A stretch of 63,201 bases of DNA, counting the filler, from Klebsormidium nitens (lineage: Eukaryota > Plantae > Klebsormidiophyceae), in the NCBI GenBank assembly GCA_000708835.1. It is 9 parts of 9 records of this genome, joined end to end, with 100 filler letters (N's around TTAATTAATTAA, not from the genome) between each part and the next. Parts side by side here need not be neighbours in the genome. Positions count along the whole stretch, not along the records: positions 58,549 to 63,201 come from DF238483.1; 8 more parts are not named here. The stretch is one strand, 5' to 3'. The position numbers and the translations under genes are program-made. The notes under the pieces were generated by a model that saw nothing but the letters and a program-made list of their open reading frames with translations, made no database searches and was not told the origin of the DNA. Within the stretch, counting starts at the first letter, position 1. The number at the start of each line of letters is the position of its first letter. Shown one piece after another: positions 61,584-63,201 of the stretch.

Positions 61584-63201
61584 TGAAGGACTTGGAAAGA
61601 TCTATTTGAGCTACAAGTTAACGAAGTGCAGCACTAGGGGGGCACTTTTCGATAAATAACATTAGAGTAAGATATTGACGTTGAACAATCAGCTTTGGCA
61701 TTGTGGAAACATACTGGGGTGGTGATGGAGCCTTTTTTGGTCAAGATATCCAGGACACGCGAGCTTGATGACTGGGCAGGTTGTTGTTCTAGGGGCTTGG
61801 AGAATTGATTGCACTCAGCAGCGTTAATGAGAGCAGCAACAATCATGGCGATTGACAACCGTTGCTCATGCGCACCTGACTACCTCTGGTGCATCAACAT
61901 TCAAGAACTCTTTTAAGGTAGTTGAGCCAGGCACGTTGTCAAGCAGTCACTGGCTTGCCTGCTTGACTCCAGCTTTTGTGCCTCAAGAGTCTCCAATACC
62001 GGAAATGGAAGTGAATTTGTTTTCTTGTTTTGATTTAATCTGGGGGGGGGGGAAATTGTGTGCCTGATGAAAAAATGCTTTATAGAATTCAGCGATAGCA
62101 TATGGTTGCATTCACCTAAGCGACTGTATTTTCACATCACCACTATGGTCTTGTAACCACATTGTACAGAAGATATCTATACAAATATCCAAACAGAGCT
62201 GAAAAGTACATCCGCCTTCTGATTCCACAAGGTGTACGACTCTGAGGCCAACGATTGCACAGTTATTATACCAATTTTCAAACTTGAATTTTGACCTCCC
62301 TCGAGCGGATTTTTACCACTTGCATCAAGAGACCTGCACATTGTTCATCTCTATCCTATCAACCCACCACGTGCTTCCGACCCTGCAGCCTTTTCCCTAT
62401 GTAGACTACTGCGTTGTCTTCTGTGTATATCAATCACGTTTCATAGATTATCGCTTGTAGGTCGAGGCGCTGCATTTTCTGACCCCGAGCGTGTCAAGCG
62501 TAGAATTTGCAGTCTAATGCAATCATCTCGTTGCTCGAAGTAGATCAGCCATGCCGGTTTCGCCACAGGAGGAGATGAATTTGTCTCTTAGCTCTTTGAG
62601 GTCGTTGTAGGCCTTACCACGGATTCAAGCTTGCCCACTGGTCCTCTCGGTCGGTGAAGTACTTGAAGAAAATGTACTCTGCGTGCATCCTTTGGGCCTG
62701 ACACCGTGCCCATCGAACATGTCGGGAATAGTCATGCTCTGTGGAATGCCACGCAGGTCCTGTACTCCCTCGTGACCGTCTGGAAGTCGAGCAGGGCTTA
62801 GTTGATGAGATTGTTGACCTTTGCGTGTGCTCAGGTCTTCGCCAGGGTATGCTGCACTCCAAACACCTATGTAGTCCTGTATTGCGTCGGTCTTGCCTCG
62901 GTACATCTTGATCACGTCCTGTATTAAGCTGTGCCCGTTTGTGGGGTTCGGGGCGTTGGTTGTTGGCAGAGACTGCTGTTGCACCTCTTGGGCAGCGGCC
63001 AAGGATTTTCCGGTGGTCAGGCTTCCGGAAAGTAGCGGAATACCAGCTCCGAAACGTCCACCGCACACTCGGCCGAGCACCACTGGGCGAGGTAGATTGC
63101 GAGCTTCGGATGAACGAACGTTGCTTGTCCCCGTGATTCAACTTGAATCAGCTGGTGTGGGAGTGTACCAGCGCAGTAGACGCACGTCGCCCCGTCCGCC
63201 G

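Overview
Eukaryotic, intron-rich, TE-laden genomic DNA, most consistent with a streptophyte/green alga. A Klebsormidium-like charophyte is my inference from the plant-type kinesin-7 with a C-terminal RING, an algal-type SGNH hydrolase and the TE families; it is unconfirmed. The window is about ten contigs. Eight joins are N-runs carrying an artificial TTAATTAATTAA spacer and one (46234-46673) is a plain N gap, so adjacency across gaps is uncertain. Host genes: a spliced SGNH hydrolase, a spliced kinesin-7/RING gene, a spliced pepsin-like aspartic protease and an intronless Sel1-repeat ORF. TEs: a decayed L1/Tx1 LINE, Ty1/copia fragments with a half-tRNA PBS, two related Ty3/gypsy elements and two 3' ends of a LINE with an (ATTG)n tail. 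Highlights: (1) both gypsy elements carry, between Gag and protease, a domain patterned like a phage Dam/N6-adenine methyltransferase with a degenerate NPPY motif, reached through a conserved predicted -1 frameshift signal; (2) 41.1-48.8 kb is a compact, intronless giant-virus-like (NCLDV) gene block (NUMOD1 protein, GT4 glycosyltransferase, pseudogenised viral-type PCNA, thioredoxin-like protein, a protein with two tandem nucleotidyltransferase domains) with a coiled-coil/2OG-Fe(II) dioxygenase ORF in the middle. All family calls come from motif recognition by eye; no database search was run.
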